A stretch of DNA of 64,000 bases, taken from assembly GCA_013360585.1 (NCBI GenBank), contig JABWBH010000004.1, positions 49,422 to 113,421 of the forward strand, read 5' to 3'. Source of the DNA: Phycisphaerae bacterium. Its GTDB lineage: Bacteria; Planctomycetota; Phycisphaerae; UBA1845. Positions 45,467 through 53,987 of the stretch are shown here, in pieces. Positions within the stretch are counted from its first letter, which is position 1, and the number at the start of each line of letters is the position of its first letter. A program made the translations under genes and the position numbers. The notes under the pieces are model-generated. The model was not told the DNA's origin. It did no database searches and saw nothing but the letters and a program-made list of their open reading frames with translations.

Positions 45467-47572
45467 TCAATCATCAAAGATGTCCGACGCGTCGCGGACC
45501 GCTTTCTCGCGCGTCTCCTCGTTGAGTTCCTTCTGAAGACGGATGATATCCTGAAGCATCGTCACCGCGTCGTGATACCCTTCCGTGCGCTTCATCCGCG
45601 TCAGGACTTCCGCCATCTCCTTCAAGACCAGCGCCTGCGCCGGATCGACGGCGACCTCGGAGGCGTCGGTCCCGTCGGCGCTCCAGTTCCGCACCAGCTC
45701 CGCCGCTCCCGGAAGCCGCGCCTCGGCGAGCTGCTTGAGCGGGAGCGAAACCTCGGTCTCAATCCGCTCGGCGATGCCCAGATCGTTCAGCGCATTGATC
45801 CGGATCTCCGCGACGATCCGCTCCACCTGCCGCGCGACCGCCGCTACGCCCGCGGCAAGGCTCCGCTGGCGACGCTCCAGCGGCGCGAGGCGCTCCGCGC
45901 GCTGCGCCGGCGTCGATTGCGGCGTCAGCCGATCCGCCGCGGTCAGCAACTGCCGCCGCAGTTCTTCCTGCTGATCGACGAGCCGCTGGAATTCCGAGCG
46001 GGCCTCCTGCTCACGCCGGGCGAGGTCGGCCTGAAGCTCCTCGGGCGTCACGACGCGCAGCGTCACCGGAAGCGAACGCGCTTCGCCCGGTCCCGTCACA
46101 TCATTTAAGTCCGCCGCGTGCGCCGCCAGTGAGATCATGTCCCCCGGCGCCGCACCCGCGGACGCCGGCGACCACTCCACCGTCACCTCGTACACCTTGG
46201 ACCGCGGCGCCAGCGGAGACAAAACCGGAGCAGCCGGAACATCCGGAGAGTCCGCCAGGTCCGCCTCCAGCCGCACCGCACCCAGCCCGAAATCGTCCGT
46301 CGCCTCGACGCGCATCGGGAGCACCGCCTGCGGCGTAACACGCTCGCCGACGCCGGGAAGCAGCAGCCGGACCGTCGGCGCCTCGTCCACGATCAACCGC
46401 ACCACGAAACGTTCATGTCGCCGGCTTGAGAGTCCTTCCGGATCGGTGAGCTGCACGTGATACGTCGCCCCAGTCGAGACGTCGATCCGCGCCCGCCAGC
46501 GCTCCTCCGCGCCTTCGAGAGTTCCCAGCGGTTGATGATCCGCGAACCACGCCGCCGAGGCGACGGGCTTGCTGGTCGTCAGATCGATATCGATCCGGCT
46601 TCCCGCCAGCGCCCGGATCGTTCGCTGGTTCGCCGGAAGCGTCGCTTCCTCCAGCCCCGCGTACGCCGGCGGCGCCACCCGGATCGACGCGGAACTGACG
46701 CGAGGCCTTTCCGAGAGCACGACCTCGATTTCGCGCGTTCGGTCGTCGCCGCCTTGAAGGCGAAACCGCAGCGGCTGCTCCAGATTCACGAAGGTGTGCC
46801 GCACCTCCGCGTCTCCGACACGCGTCATCGTTTGACGCCCGTGCTGTCCGCCCGCCGTCTCAAACAGAACCTCGACGTCGCGCGGTACGACTCCCTCCAC
46901 GCGGGCTCGCACCTCCAGATCATCCCCTGTCGCCGCGACGATCCGGTCTCCCTCCACGTCGAGCACCAAGTGCGTCTGCTTCGGCCACTCCCGGGCCGAC
47001 AGCAGAAACGAACGACGCAGCGCCAGCCCCAGCGACGCCGGGCAGACCTGATACCAGATGCCCAGGCACATTCCCGACAGCGCCAGAATGCCCGCCGCAA
47101 CGGCGGCCCGACGGTGGCGAAGCAGCGCCGAAACATCGATCGAGGACAAGGCTGCGTTCGCCTCGGCGATCACCCTTCGGGCGAGTTCTCGAGAATTCGT
47201 TTCTTCATCACCGATCTGCCCGCGCGAGAAACGCACGGACGACACCAGCAGCGTTCGAAGTCGAGGGTCCGCCCGCTCCACCAGATGCGCGGCGTCGGAG
47301 GTGTCGAGCGGCTGACGAAGCGCAGGCCGAAGCCGTCGAAGGACGAGGTAAGTTAACGTCGCCAACAACGGCGCCAGCAGCGCCCCGCGCGCCGCCCGCC
47401 CCAGCCGCAGGTAATAATCCGCCGCCACCAGCAACGCGAACCCGACGCCCCACGCCGCGACGATCGCCGCTGACGCCTCCGCCACGACGTACCACCGCCA
47501 CCGGCGCAGCAGCGCGCGGAGGCGATGTTCGATCGCCGGCGAGAGACGGATCGGTTCAGGATTTGACGACAT
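45467..47572 (-). CDS. Large membrane-anchored hypothetical protein (DUF4175-like?)
   Basis: N-terminal pair of TM helices (VVAEASAAIVAAWGVGFALLVAADYYL and LLAPLLATLTYLVL), followed by a long soluble region with a coiled coil near the C-terminus. The family name is from memory and is of low certainty. Confidence 0.6.
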   Translation of the reverse strand: MSSNPEPIRLSPAIEHRLRALLRRWRWYVVAEASAAIVAAWGVGFALLVAADYYLRLGRAARGALLAPLLATLTYLVLRRLRPALRQPLDTSDAAHLVERADPRLRTLLVSSVRFSRGQIGDEETNSRELARRVIAEANAALSSIDVSALLRHRRAAVAAGILALSGMCLGIWYQVCPASLGLALRRSFLLSAREWPKQTHLVLDVEGDRIVAATGDDLEVRARVEGVVPRDVEVLFETAGGQHGRQTMTRVGDAEVRHTFVNLEQPLRFRLQGGDDRTREIEVVLSERPRVSSASIRVAPPAYAGLEEATLPANQRTIRALAGSRIDIDLTTSKPVASAAWFADHQPLGTLEGAEERWRARIDVSTGATYHVQLTDPEGLSSRRHERFVVRLIVDEAPTVRLLLPGVGERVTPQAVLPMRVEATDDFGLGAVRLEADLADSPDVPAAPVLSPLAPRSKVYEVTVEWSPASAGAAPGDMISLAAHAADLNDVTGPGEARSLPVTLRVVTPEELQADLARREQEARSEFQRLVDQQEELRRQLLTAADRLTPQSTPAQRAERLAPLERRQRSLAAGVAAVARQVERIVAEIRINALNDLGIAERIETEVSLPLKQLAEARLPGAAELVRNWSADGTDASEVAVDPAQALVLKEMAEVLTRMKRTEGYHDAVTMLQDIIRLQKELNEETREKAVRDASDIFDD

Positions 47573-47587
47573 CCAACAACGCTCCGG

Positions 47588-48400
47588 TCACGACGCCGGC
47601 AGCAGCATTCCCGGCCAGAACACCTCGACTCCCGCGATGATCGCCGGCGGAAGGAAGACCGCCGGAAGCATGTCCGCCACCGGGATTTTCTTCACATCCA
47701 GGATCATCAGCGCCGTCCCCAGCATCAGCACGCCCCCCACCGCCGCCATCATCGACCGTGACACTTCCGGCAGCGGATCCGCCGCCAGATACGCCAGCAC
47801 GGACAACCCGCCCTGAAACCCGATCACCGTCACGACGCTGAGCATGACGCCCCACCCCAGCGTCGACGCCAGCGCCATCGAGCAGAATCCGTCCAGCGCG
47901 GACTTGATGTAGAGATAACCGGGGTCGCCCTGCGACCCATTCCGCAGGCATCCGAGCAGCGTCAGCGGTCCCACGCAGAAAATGACGCTCGCCGTCAGGA
48001 ACCCTTCCGCGAACCGGTGTCCCCCGTCCCCGCCGCTCCCCCCGTTCCCGCCCCCCCCGAACCGCACATGCACCCACGTTCCGAACCCCTCGATCCGCTG
48101 GTGCAGCCCCAGCAGCGTCCCGAGAATGCAACCGGGGATCAGCGACCCGATCATCACCATCGCCAGCCGCGCGCCGTACGTATCCGGATAACGCACCTGC
48201 CCCTTGAACCGCGCCACCGTGTCTCCGAAGACGATCACCGCCGCATCAATCCCCAGCGTGATGGTCATCAGCCCCAGCGCGCTGAGCACAATCTGCTGAT
48301 AACGCTGCGGCATCCGTCCGGACAGCAGCAGCCCGACCGCGCTTCCCAGCGCCACCGTGAGGGCGTTCACCACCGTCCCGTTGATATGCTCCCACCCCAC
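47588..48400 (-). CDS. DUF554 (YqgA/YdfK-like) membrane protein
   Basis: INGTVVNALTVALGSAVGLLLSGRMPQRYQQIVLSALGLMTITLGI ... CVGPLTLLGCLRNG ... KSALDGFCSMALAST is the DUF554 pattern. GTG start follows GGAGG. It ends 16 nt upstream of the next gene. Confidence 0.8.
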   Translation of the reverse strand: MGWEHINGTVVNALTVALGSAVGLLLSGRMPQRYQQIVLSALGLMTITLGIDAAVIVFGDTVARFKGQVRYPDTYGARLAMVMIGSLIPGCILGTLLGLHQRIEGFGTWVHVRFGGGGNGGSGGDGGHRFAEGFLTASVIFCVGPLTLLGCLRNGSQGDPGYLYIKSALDGFCSMALASTLGWGVMLSVVTVIGFQGGLSVLAYLAADPLPEVSRSMMAAVGGVLMLGTALMILDVKKIPVADMLPAVFLPPAIIAGVEVFWPGMLLPAS

Positions 48401-48746
48401 CGACCCGCCCTCCGCCGCAACCCCGCCGCGCCCCCCTCAATCCGTGCATCCCCATCCCGCGATCCGAGAATAACTCGTCAGGTTCCGCAATCCCAGCGCG
48501 GCATCTTCATTTCGAGCTTTGAATGCGGGATTGGTCGCCTCGGCGATTCCGGCTGGGCATCAGGGGCCATCGGGTTCAACGACTCGCATTCCCTGGACCG
48601 CCAAGGAGTGAACATCGCGTCCTGCGCCGGTCGGCGAACTCGTGAGGGATCATCGTGCGTACGAGCAACCTCTTTACACCGCAACCCACGATGAACGAAA
48701 GCAATAAACAAGCAGACAGAATCGCTGACTCGACCCCTCAACGTCG

Positions 48747-48803
48747 AAACACCTGCTCATCCGAGACATGAGCGGTCAAGTTAAAGCAGAGGTGTTTTTT
48801 TTT
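48747..48803 (+). terminator. Orphan terminator-like structure with a T9 tract
   Basis: AAACACCT (48747-54) pairs with AGGTGTTT (48790-97). This encloses an inner hairpin, GCTCAT/ATGAGC. Nine T residues follow at 48795-48803. No annotated plus-strand gene lies upstream. Confidence 0.55.
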
Positions 48804-48829
48804 GACATCCGCGTTCTTTTTGGTATGTT
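48802..48829 (+). promoter_or_regulatory. Near-consensus sigma70-type promoter of the Cys-rich cassette
   Basis: TTGACA (48802-07), a 16-nt spacer, then TATGTT (48824-29), in an AT-rich patch about 75 nt upstream of ATG 48903. Confidence 0.55.
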
Positions 48830-48902
48830 TTGTTTATGGGTCGTCGCCTAACCACCACCCCATCCGTGCTGATTTCATGGGAACACCGACCGGAGTTGTA
48901 GC

Positions 48903-49370
48903 ATGACACGAAGAATGGTTTTGACCGTCAGCGTTCTGTTGATGATGTTCTGTTTGGGAGAACACCTTTTCTCCGCCGTCCCGGCGCGCGGGATCGGAGC
49001 TTGTGGTTGCTACAACCCCACGAACGAGTGCAAGGTGACGCCGACGACTTGCGTCTGCCCGTCACCCGGAGGAACGTGTCCGGAGGATCGGCGCGAGAAA
49101 ATCAACGATGTGGTTCGGTTTGTGGATGGAAACCACAGTCAGGCGAACGACTGCTACGAGCATATCAACGAGGAAATCATCTGTTACAAGGACTGGGATT
49201 GTGTGGATGGAGGAAACCTCAACTGCACGGTTCCAAGCCCAACCAACCCCAGCGGAAGCTGCCGGCTTACCGGCGGCAGCCTGCTCCACACGGAGACAAT
49301 CTCTGATTACTGGATGAGACGCGGCGATTGCAACGCCTCTCCCTGCGAGGGAACCTCCTGCGGCGACTGA
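48903..49370 (+). CDS. Small secreted cysteine-rich protein (155 aa, 14 Cys in the mature part); no family recognised
   Basis: GGAG lies 7 nt before the ATG. Signal peptide: MTRRMVLTVSVLLMMFCLGEHLFSAVPA. Cys patterns: CGC...C...CVC...C...C...C..C...C...C...C....C....C. The C-terminus is RRGDCNASPCEGTSCGD. GC is clearly lower than in neighbouring genes. Confidence 0.7.
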   Translation: MTRRMVLTVSVLLMMFCLGEHLFSAVPARGIGACGCYNPTNECKVTPTTCVCPSPGGTCPEDRREKINDVVRFVDGNHSQANDCYEHINEEIICYKDWDCVDGGNLNCTVPSPTNPSGSCRLTGGSLLHTETISDYWMRRGDCNASPCEGTSCGD

Positions 49371-49449
49371 AGCGGAATCCGTCAAGGGGTTGACGCCGGA
49401 GGCTGCTGACCCGTCACCCGTTTGCCATTCCTGGATCGAGGGCGAAATC

Positions 49450-50931
49450 ATGTTCATGATCGTGATCTTGGTGGTTGCCTGCGGCTTTGTCGTTCAAGAT
49501 GCGCCGCTGCCCGAAGAACTTCTGGCGGCCCAGCGGTTCCGGGAAGACCTTTTTCTGACGGCGCACATCCGGTGGGTGCGGGAAACGCCGCAGGGTCGTC
49601 GATACTACTCGTCCACTTATGCTCCTGGAGATTTTCTTCTGAAGGATCACGGGGACGAGACGGGTCTCGTCGATCCGCAGATGGTTCGACCCAACATGGC
49701 GCACGCATATTCGGAGCGGCGCCTGCTCATGACGGAGGGGCGGGACCAGTGGGATTACCGCGACCAGGGTCTGCTGGGATTGTACTTTGAACCGGGGTGC
49801 CCCGTGATTCAGGAGCAGCCGGACCTCCGCACCCTCGGCTGGATTCCCAGTCCGATGCTGTATGACCGCCCCGATTTCCTCCAATCCGACACGTTTCTAC
49901 AGTCCGCGTTGGCCGGTACCGCGTGGGAGTTTCAGGTGGATTACCCCGCCGAGGGTTTGTGCGAAGTCCGGGCCAAGTCCTCGTCGCAGATTTACCTGTG
50001 GAAGCTGGACGCGACTCAGGGATATGCGCCGATATCGGTTCAGACCACGGCGACCTTTCCTGATGGGTCTACGCGCACGTATGAATCACGGTTTCAATAC
50101 GCGGAGTACGACGGCCGCCGATTTCCCTCTCAGATCGAGATGATCGACGGGCCAAGGGGAGTCCGCGAAGTCGTCAAGATCCTGCACGCCGAGTTCGACA
50201 AGCCGTGGCATGCTTTGGATCTCATTCCCGGCGAAGCCCTGGATATGCCCGCCAGAGTCAACATCGGTTACCAGTACGCAGGCGGCACACCGGCCGACGC
50301 CAAGCTCGGTCCGCACCTTTTCGATGGTCACAGTCGTCCGCTCAATGACGCCGAGCTTAAGGAACTTGCGGATAAGGGGCAGTATCCTCCAGATGCCGTT
50401 AAGCCATTGATCGCCCTTCATAAGAAGAGGCCGCTTCCCGGTTCCACGCCCGTGGATGCGGTCGCGTTTCTTGACGCCCCCGGGGAGCCGGTCAGGCGCG
50501 CGCTCGGGCGCTGGGAGGAATACGTCCGGCGCTACATCATCATCCACAAGATGAATGACGCCCAGGCGCGAGCCGCGTGGAAGAAACTCTCCGAATGTCA
50601 GGAGCAGGCCCGCGCGCACCTTGAGGACCACAAGGCGGAGATCGCGGAGAACGACCGGATGATCGACGCAGCGAAGAAAGATGCCGCAGCGAAATCGTCC
50701 TCTCCGGCGGAATCCAAACCCCAGGAGTCCACCCTTTCCGAAGACGTCGGACTTGCTGAACTTCAGGCCCGGCGCGCCAAGCTCGTGGACGAACCCTTGG
50801 ACAAGATATTTGACAAGTGTCTGCGGGCGTCGCTTTGGGAACTGCTGACTTCTGCGCAGCAGCGTTCCTGGAATGATACGTTGAAATCGAAGAAAGTCGA
50901 TCGTCCGCAGACGCCCGTCAACACGCCTTGA
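49450..50931 (+). CDS. Hypothetical lipoprotein or anchored periplasmic protein; N-terminal LolA/RseB-like region (inferred) and a helical C-terminus with LTxxQ-like motifs
   Basis: GAGGG precedes ATG 49450. The N-terminus is MFMIVILVVACGFV, with a possible lipobox VVAC. The C-terminal helical part contains KMNDAQARAAW and LLTSAQQRSW, which resemble Spy/CpxP LTxxQ motifs. GC is lower than in the flanks. Confidence 0.7.
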   Translation: MFMIVILVVACGFVVQDAPLPEELLAAQRFREDLFLTAHIRWVRETPQGRRYYSSTYAPGDFLLKDHGDETGLVDPQMVRPNMAHAYSERRLLMTEGRDQWDYRDQGLLGLYFEPGCPVIQEQPDLRTLGWIPSPMLYDRPDFLQSDTFLQSALAGTAWEFQVDYPAEGLCEVRAKSSSQIYLWKLDATQGYAPISVQTTATFPDGSTRTYESRFQYAEYDGRRFPSQIEMIDGPRGVREVVKILHAEFDKPWHALDLIPGEALDMPARVNIGYQYAGGTPADAKLGPHLFDGHSRPLNDAELKELADKGQYPPDAVKPLIALHKKRPLPGSTPVDAVAFLDAPGEPVRRALGRWEEYVRRYIIIHKMNDAQARAAWKKLSECQEQARAHLEDHKAEIAENDRMIDAAKKDAAAKSSSPAESKPQESTLSEDVGLAELQARRAKLVDEPLDKIFDKCLRASLWELLTSAQQRSWNDTLKSKKVDRPQTPVNTP

Positions 50932-50938
50932 GCGTTTT

Positions 50939-50974
50939 CCCGGAGCCGCTTTCGTGCCGCAAAGCGGCTCCGGG
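50939..50974 (+). terminator. 14-bp perfect hairpin directly after the cassette (no U tract)
   Basis: CCCGGAGCCGCTTT-cgtgccgc-AAAGCGGCTCCGGG, starting 8 nt after the stop codon. Confidence 0.5.
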
Positions 50975-51334
50975 AGGGGGCTTCAATGAGACCGAGAAGA
51001 TCCCAACGACTTCCCATCGGCGACAAAACGATCCGCAGACCGTTGTGGATCAATGACCAACGCCGATGCCCGACGCCATCGGAAACTCCCGCGGAAGTCA
51101 AGCGTGGTCCGGGGCATAACAGCCCGCGAAGAACCCGGGATCGGTCTTTGTGATGCCGGTTTTTCCCGATGAAATTCGCCTCCCGGGAGGGAGGCGCACC
51201 CCTTTGTCAACGGGCTGATCGGCGTTAACTCCTCCTCTTGTCCAATCCTCTCCCCGGCTGCGGTTTGATGGGATAGACTCTCCCCTGACCCGATCCATAA
51301 CGGGAGTGATCTGGCCGCGGGTGCAAGTGCGCCT

Positions 51335-51420
51335 CGGGCGAGTGGCGGAACGGCAGACGCCGGGGACTTAAAATCCCCTGTCCCGTCAAGGGACGTGCGG
51401 GTTCAAATCCCGCCTCGCCC
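51335..51420 (+). tRNA. tRNA-Leu (anticodon UAA), type II with a long variable arm
   Basis: Manual fold. Acceptor: GGGCGAG/CTCGCCC. D stem: GCG/CGC. Anticodon stem: GGGGA/TCCCC, with loop CTTAAAA. Variable arm: GTCCC/GGGAC. T arm: GCGGG-TTCAAAT-CCCGC. Discriminator: A. CCA is not encoded. Confidence 0.9.
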
Positions 51421-51542
51421 ATCCTGACGGGCACGGATGTCTCCTTCGATTCCCAGGGGTCAGGCTGCGGGGCGTCGCCAACGTACCCGCCGATCGGTGC
51501 GGAATGCGACACCGGTCGGGCGCCCCGCGGCGACGATCCGCG

Positions 51543-53873
51543 TCACGGCGAGGGTGAGGTGGAAGCGGATTCGAGCGCCGCCGCCCGGGCCTCGCAGGCG
51601 CGCATGTCCTCGGGCCGCTCGAGAACCCGGTAGCATTCCGCCAGCACGCGCCAGTGCGACGGCTGATTCGGCTCCAGCTCCGCCGCCTTCCGCAGCGGCG
51701 CTTCCGCCTCGCCCGCCCGGTCCGCGATCAGGAGCGCCTGACCGAGAAGGCGATGCACCACGGCGCGTTGCGGCAGCAGCGCCGCGGCGCGCTGAAGGTG
51801 CGGGATCGCGCCGTCCGTGCGTCCCAGGGCGAGGAACACCTCCCCCAGCAGGTGATGCCCGTCGCCGAAATCCGGGTCGAGCGTCACCGCGCGCTGGGCC
51901 TGCGCGACCGCTTCGAGCGGTTCATTCCGCGTCAAGGCGAGGACCGCGAGCGCATGCAGCATCTCGGGCGACTCGCCGTGAAGTTCGATCGCCCGGTGAA
52001 GCGCCGCCTCGGCCGGGTCGGGTCGGCCCGCGGCGGCGAGCAGCCGGGCGACGGTCATAAGGGTTTCGCGCGTCGGGTCGAGGTCCGCCGCGGCCTTGAG
52101 CTGCGTCACGGCGCGATCCGGTTTCCCCACGGAGAGCAGGAACCGCGCGTACTCCCGGCGAAGCGCGGCGCTTTCCGGGCTGACCCGCACGGCGCGCTCC
52201 AGATGCGCCTCCGCGTCCGCCCGATCCTGAAGAAGGATCGCGAACCACGCCTGCCTCGCCAGGTCTGCCGCCGACGCCGTCAACCCCCAGCGAATCAGCG
52301 CCGCACCTCGCGTTCGCCCTTCTTCGACGGCGCTGCGCTGCTCGGCGCTGAGACGCGACGCCCCGGAAAGCGACTGCTCCATCGTGACGCCGTAGTCGAA
52401 CGACGCGCGGTAGGCGCGATCCGCACCGGCGTCGAGCCGCTGCATCACCCCGCTGTGCGCCCAGAGCAGGGCGATCGGCGCCATCGCCGCCAGAAAGACC
52501 GTCCCGGCGCGCGTCAGCCGCCCGCCCCGGCGCAGCGAGAACTGCTGGAGACGCACATTCGTCCGCGTGAACATGCGCGTCGTCTGCAGCGCCAGGTAAG
52601 CAAGGATCGCCGCCACGCCCAGCGCCATCAGAAAGGGAACCACGTCATAAAGCCCGCGGAACGCCGCGAACGCCGCGAGAAAATACCCCCCCAGCAGCAG
52701 CTCCTCGAGGAGGTTGTAATCCCCTCGCATCGACGCCGACAGTACGCCCATCACGCACGCCAGCCCGACCCAGACCGGTTCGGGCATCGCGCCGAACGCT
52801 TCCGAAAACAACACCCGCGCCGCCGCGTAACCCGCCGCCGCGTAAACCCCCGCGTGAACCGCGAACCTTGCCCGCCGCGCCGACCGATCCCGCCGCGCCT
52901 CCGGCGAAGCCTTCCGCTTCGCGCGCGGTTGGGCGAACGAAGCCGGCGCGCCGAATCCGAAATACAAGGCGTCGTTCGGACACACGCTGACGCAGTCCAT
53001 GCATTTCATGCACCCGGGATCCACGACCATCCCGAAGTCGCGCACCTCCTCGTGAACCCGCACGTTCGATGTACACGCGGCTGTGCAATGCCCGCACCCC
53101 TCGCAGGCGTCGGTGACGCGGATGCGACCCGGCGCGAGCCGATCCGCCACGCCGAAGATCCCCCCGTAAGGGCATCCGTAAGTGCAGAACCCCTTCGACC
53201 CGAGCAGGTACACGATCACGAACCCGCAGGTCAGAAACGTCAGCCCGCCGATCACCCACCCGGGAAACGTCGCCCAGAACTGCGTCGTCGTCAGGTGCAT
53301 CTCGGCGTGCGCTACGGAACGCCCGGCCGAGGCGCGCTGCACGATCGGAAACACGAACATGTAGAAGAACGCGATCAGCGGAACCCAGATCAGCAGGCGC
53401 GACCGCATCGCCCGGGGACGGAGGCCCGCCTTCCCCAGCAACCAGCGACACAGATCCTGCAAGGCGATGACGTGACACCCCCAGCCGCAGAAGAACCGCC
53501 CGAGCACCAGCGTCGAGAGGATCGCCAGGGCGAAAAAGATCGCTCCCGCGTTGACGATCCCGCTCTTCGAGAACTCCATCGCTTCCGAAGGCTCCAGCGG
53601 CGAGAGCGTCCGCCCGGTCGCATACCAGTGCGCGATGTGCACGGCGATCAGGAGATGCACCGCGATCAGCACGAGCGCCCGGCGACGCGACATCCGCGAC
53701 GGCTTGACCCTGCCGCCGGAGGGCAGCACCGGCAGCGCGACCTTCGTACCGCCGCCGCGATCGGGCAGCGCGGATCCGGGATCGCCCCCGCAGCGGGCGA
53801 CCGCGGTCTCGCCGTCGCCCGGCGCCTTCGATCCGTTGCGGCGGGAAACGCGAGTCGTGCTAGAGTAGTGCAT
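51543..53873 (-). CDS. NapH/FixG-like membrane polyferredoxin fused to a C-terminal TPR array
   Basis: FFCGWGCH and FCTYGCPYG motifs sit within TM segments. There are two ferredoxin-type clusters, CEGCGHCTAAC and CMKCMDCVSVCPNDA. After further TM segments come at least 7 TPR-like repeats, for example AEAHLERAVRVSPESAALRREYARFLLSVGKPDRAVTQLKAAADLDP. The start is uncertain (ATG 53873 or ATG 53693). Confidence 0.8.
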   Translation of the reverse strand: MHYSSTTRVSRRNGSKAPGDGETAVARCGGDPGSALPDRGGGTKVALPVLPSGGRVKPSRMSRRRALVLIAVHLLIAVHIAHWYATGRTLSPLEPSEAMEFSKSGIVNAGAIFFALAILSTLVLGRFFCGWGCHVIALQDLCRWLLGKAGLRPRAMRSRLLIWVPLIAFFYMFVFPIVQRASAGRSVAHAEMHLTTTQFWATFPGWVIGGLTFLTCGFVIVYLLGSKGFCTYGCPYGGIFGVADRLAPGRIRVTDACEGCGHCTAACTSNVRVHEEVRDFGMVVDPGCMKCMDCVSVCPNDALYFGFGAPASFAQPRAKRKASPEARRDRSARRARFAVHAGVYAAAGYAAARVLFSEAFGAMPEPVWVGLACVMGVLSASMRGDYNLLEELLLGGYFLAAFAAFRGLYDVVPFLMALGVAAILAYLALQTTRMFTRTNVRLQQFSLRRGGRLTRAGTVFLAAMAPIALLWAHSGVMQRLDAGADRAYRASFDYGVTMEQSLSGASRLSAEQRSAVEEGRTRGAALIRWGLTASAADLARQAWFAILLQDRADAEAHLERAVRVSPESAALRREYARFLLSVGKPDRAVTQLKAAADLDPTRETLMTVARLLAAAGRPDPAEAALHRAIELHGESPEMLHALAVLALTRNEPLEAVAQAQRAVTLDPDFGDGHHLLGEVFLALGRTDGAIPHLQRAAALLPQRAVVHRLLGQALLIADRAGEAEAPLRKAAELEPNQPSHWRVLAECYRVLERPEDMRACEARAAALESASTSPSP

Positions 53874-53987
53874 GCCCGATGACCCGACGGACCTTCAATC
53901 CAACGAACTTCGCCGCGACAACGCCACCGACCGAACGTTGAAGGAGGCATCCTATCTGACGCGACGCGGGCGCCTCAAGATGCGATC

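Noticed and set aside
48800-51420. Calling the Cys-rich cassette an integrative genomic island at tRNA-Leu
   Set aside because: There is no integrase, and I could find no direct repeat of the tRNA 3' end. The cassette also lies on the 5' side of the tRNA. Lower GC alone supports 'possibly acquired' but not a defined mobile element.
51654-53882. 742-aa plus-strand ORF
   Set aside because: It is an antisense shadow of the polyferredoxin-TPR gene. The same reasoning applies to 60607..62064 (+), 58875..60050 (-), 21785..22873 (-), 22756..23676 (-), 30025..31125 (-), 41125..42213 (-), 43818..45041 (+), 5125..7053 (+), 16457..17719 (-) and 9881..11104 (-).
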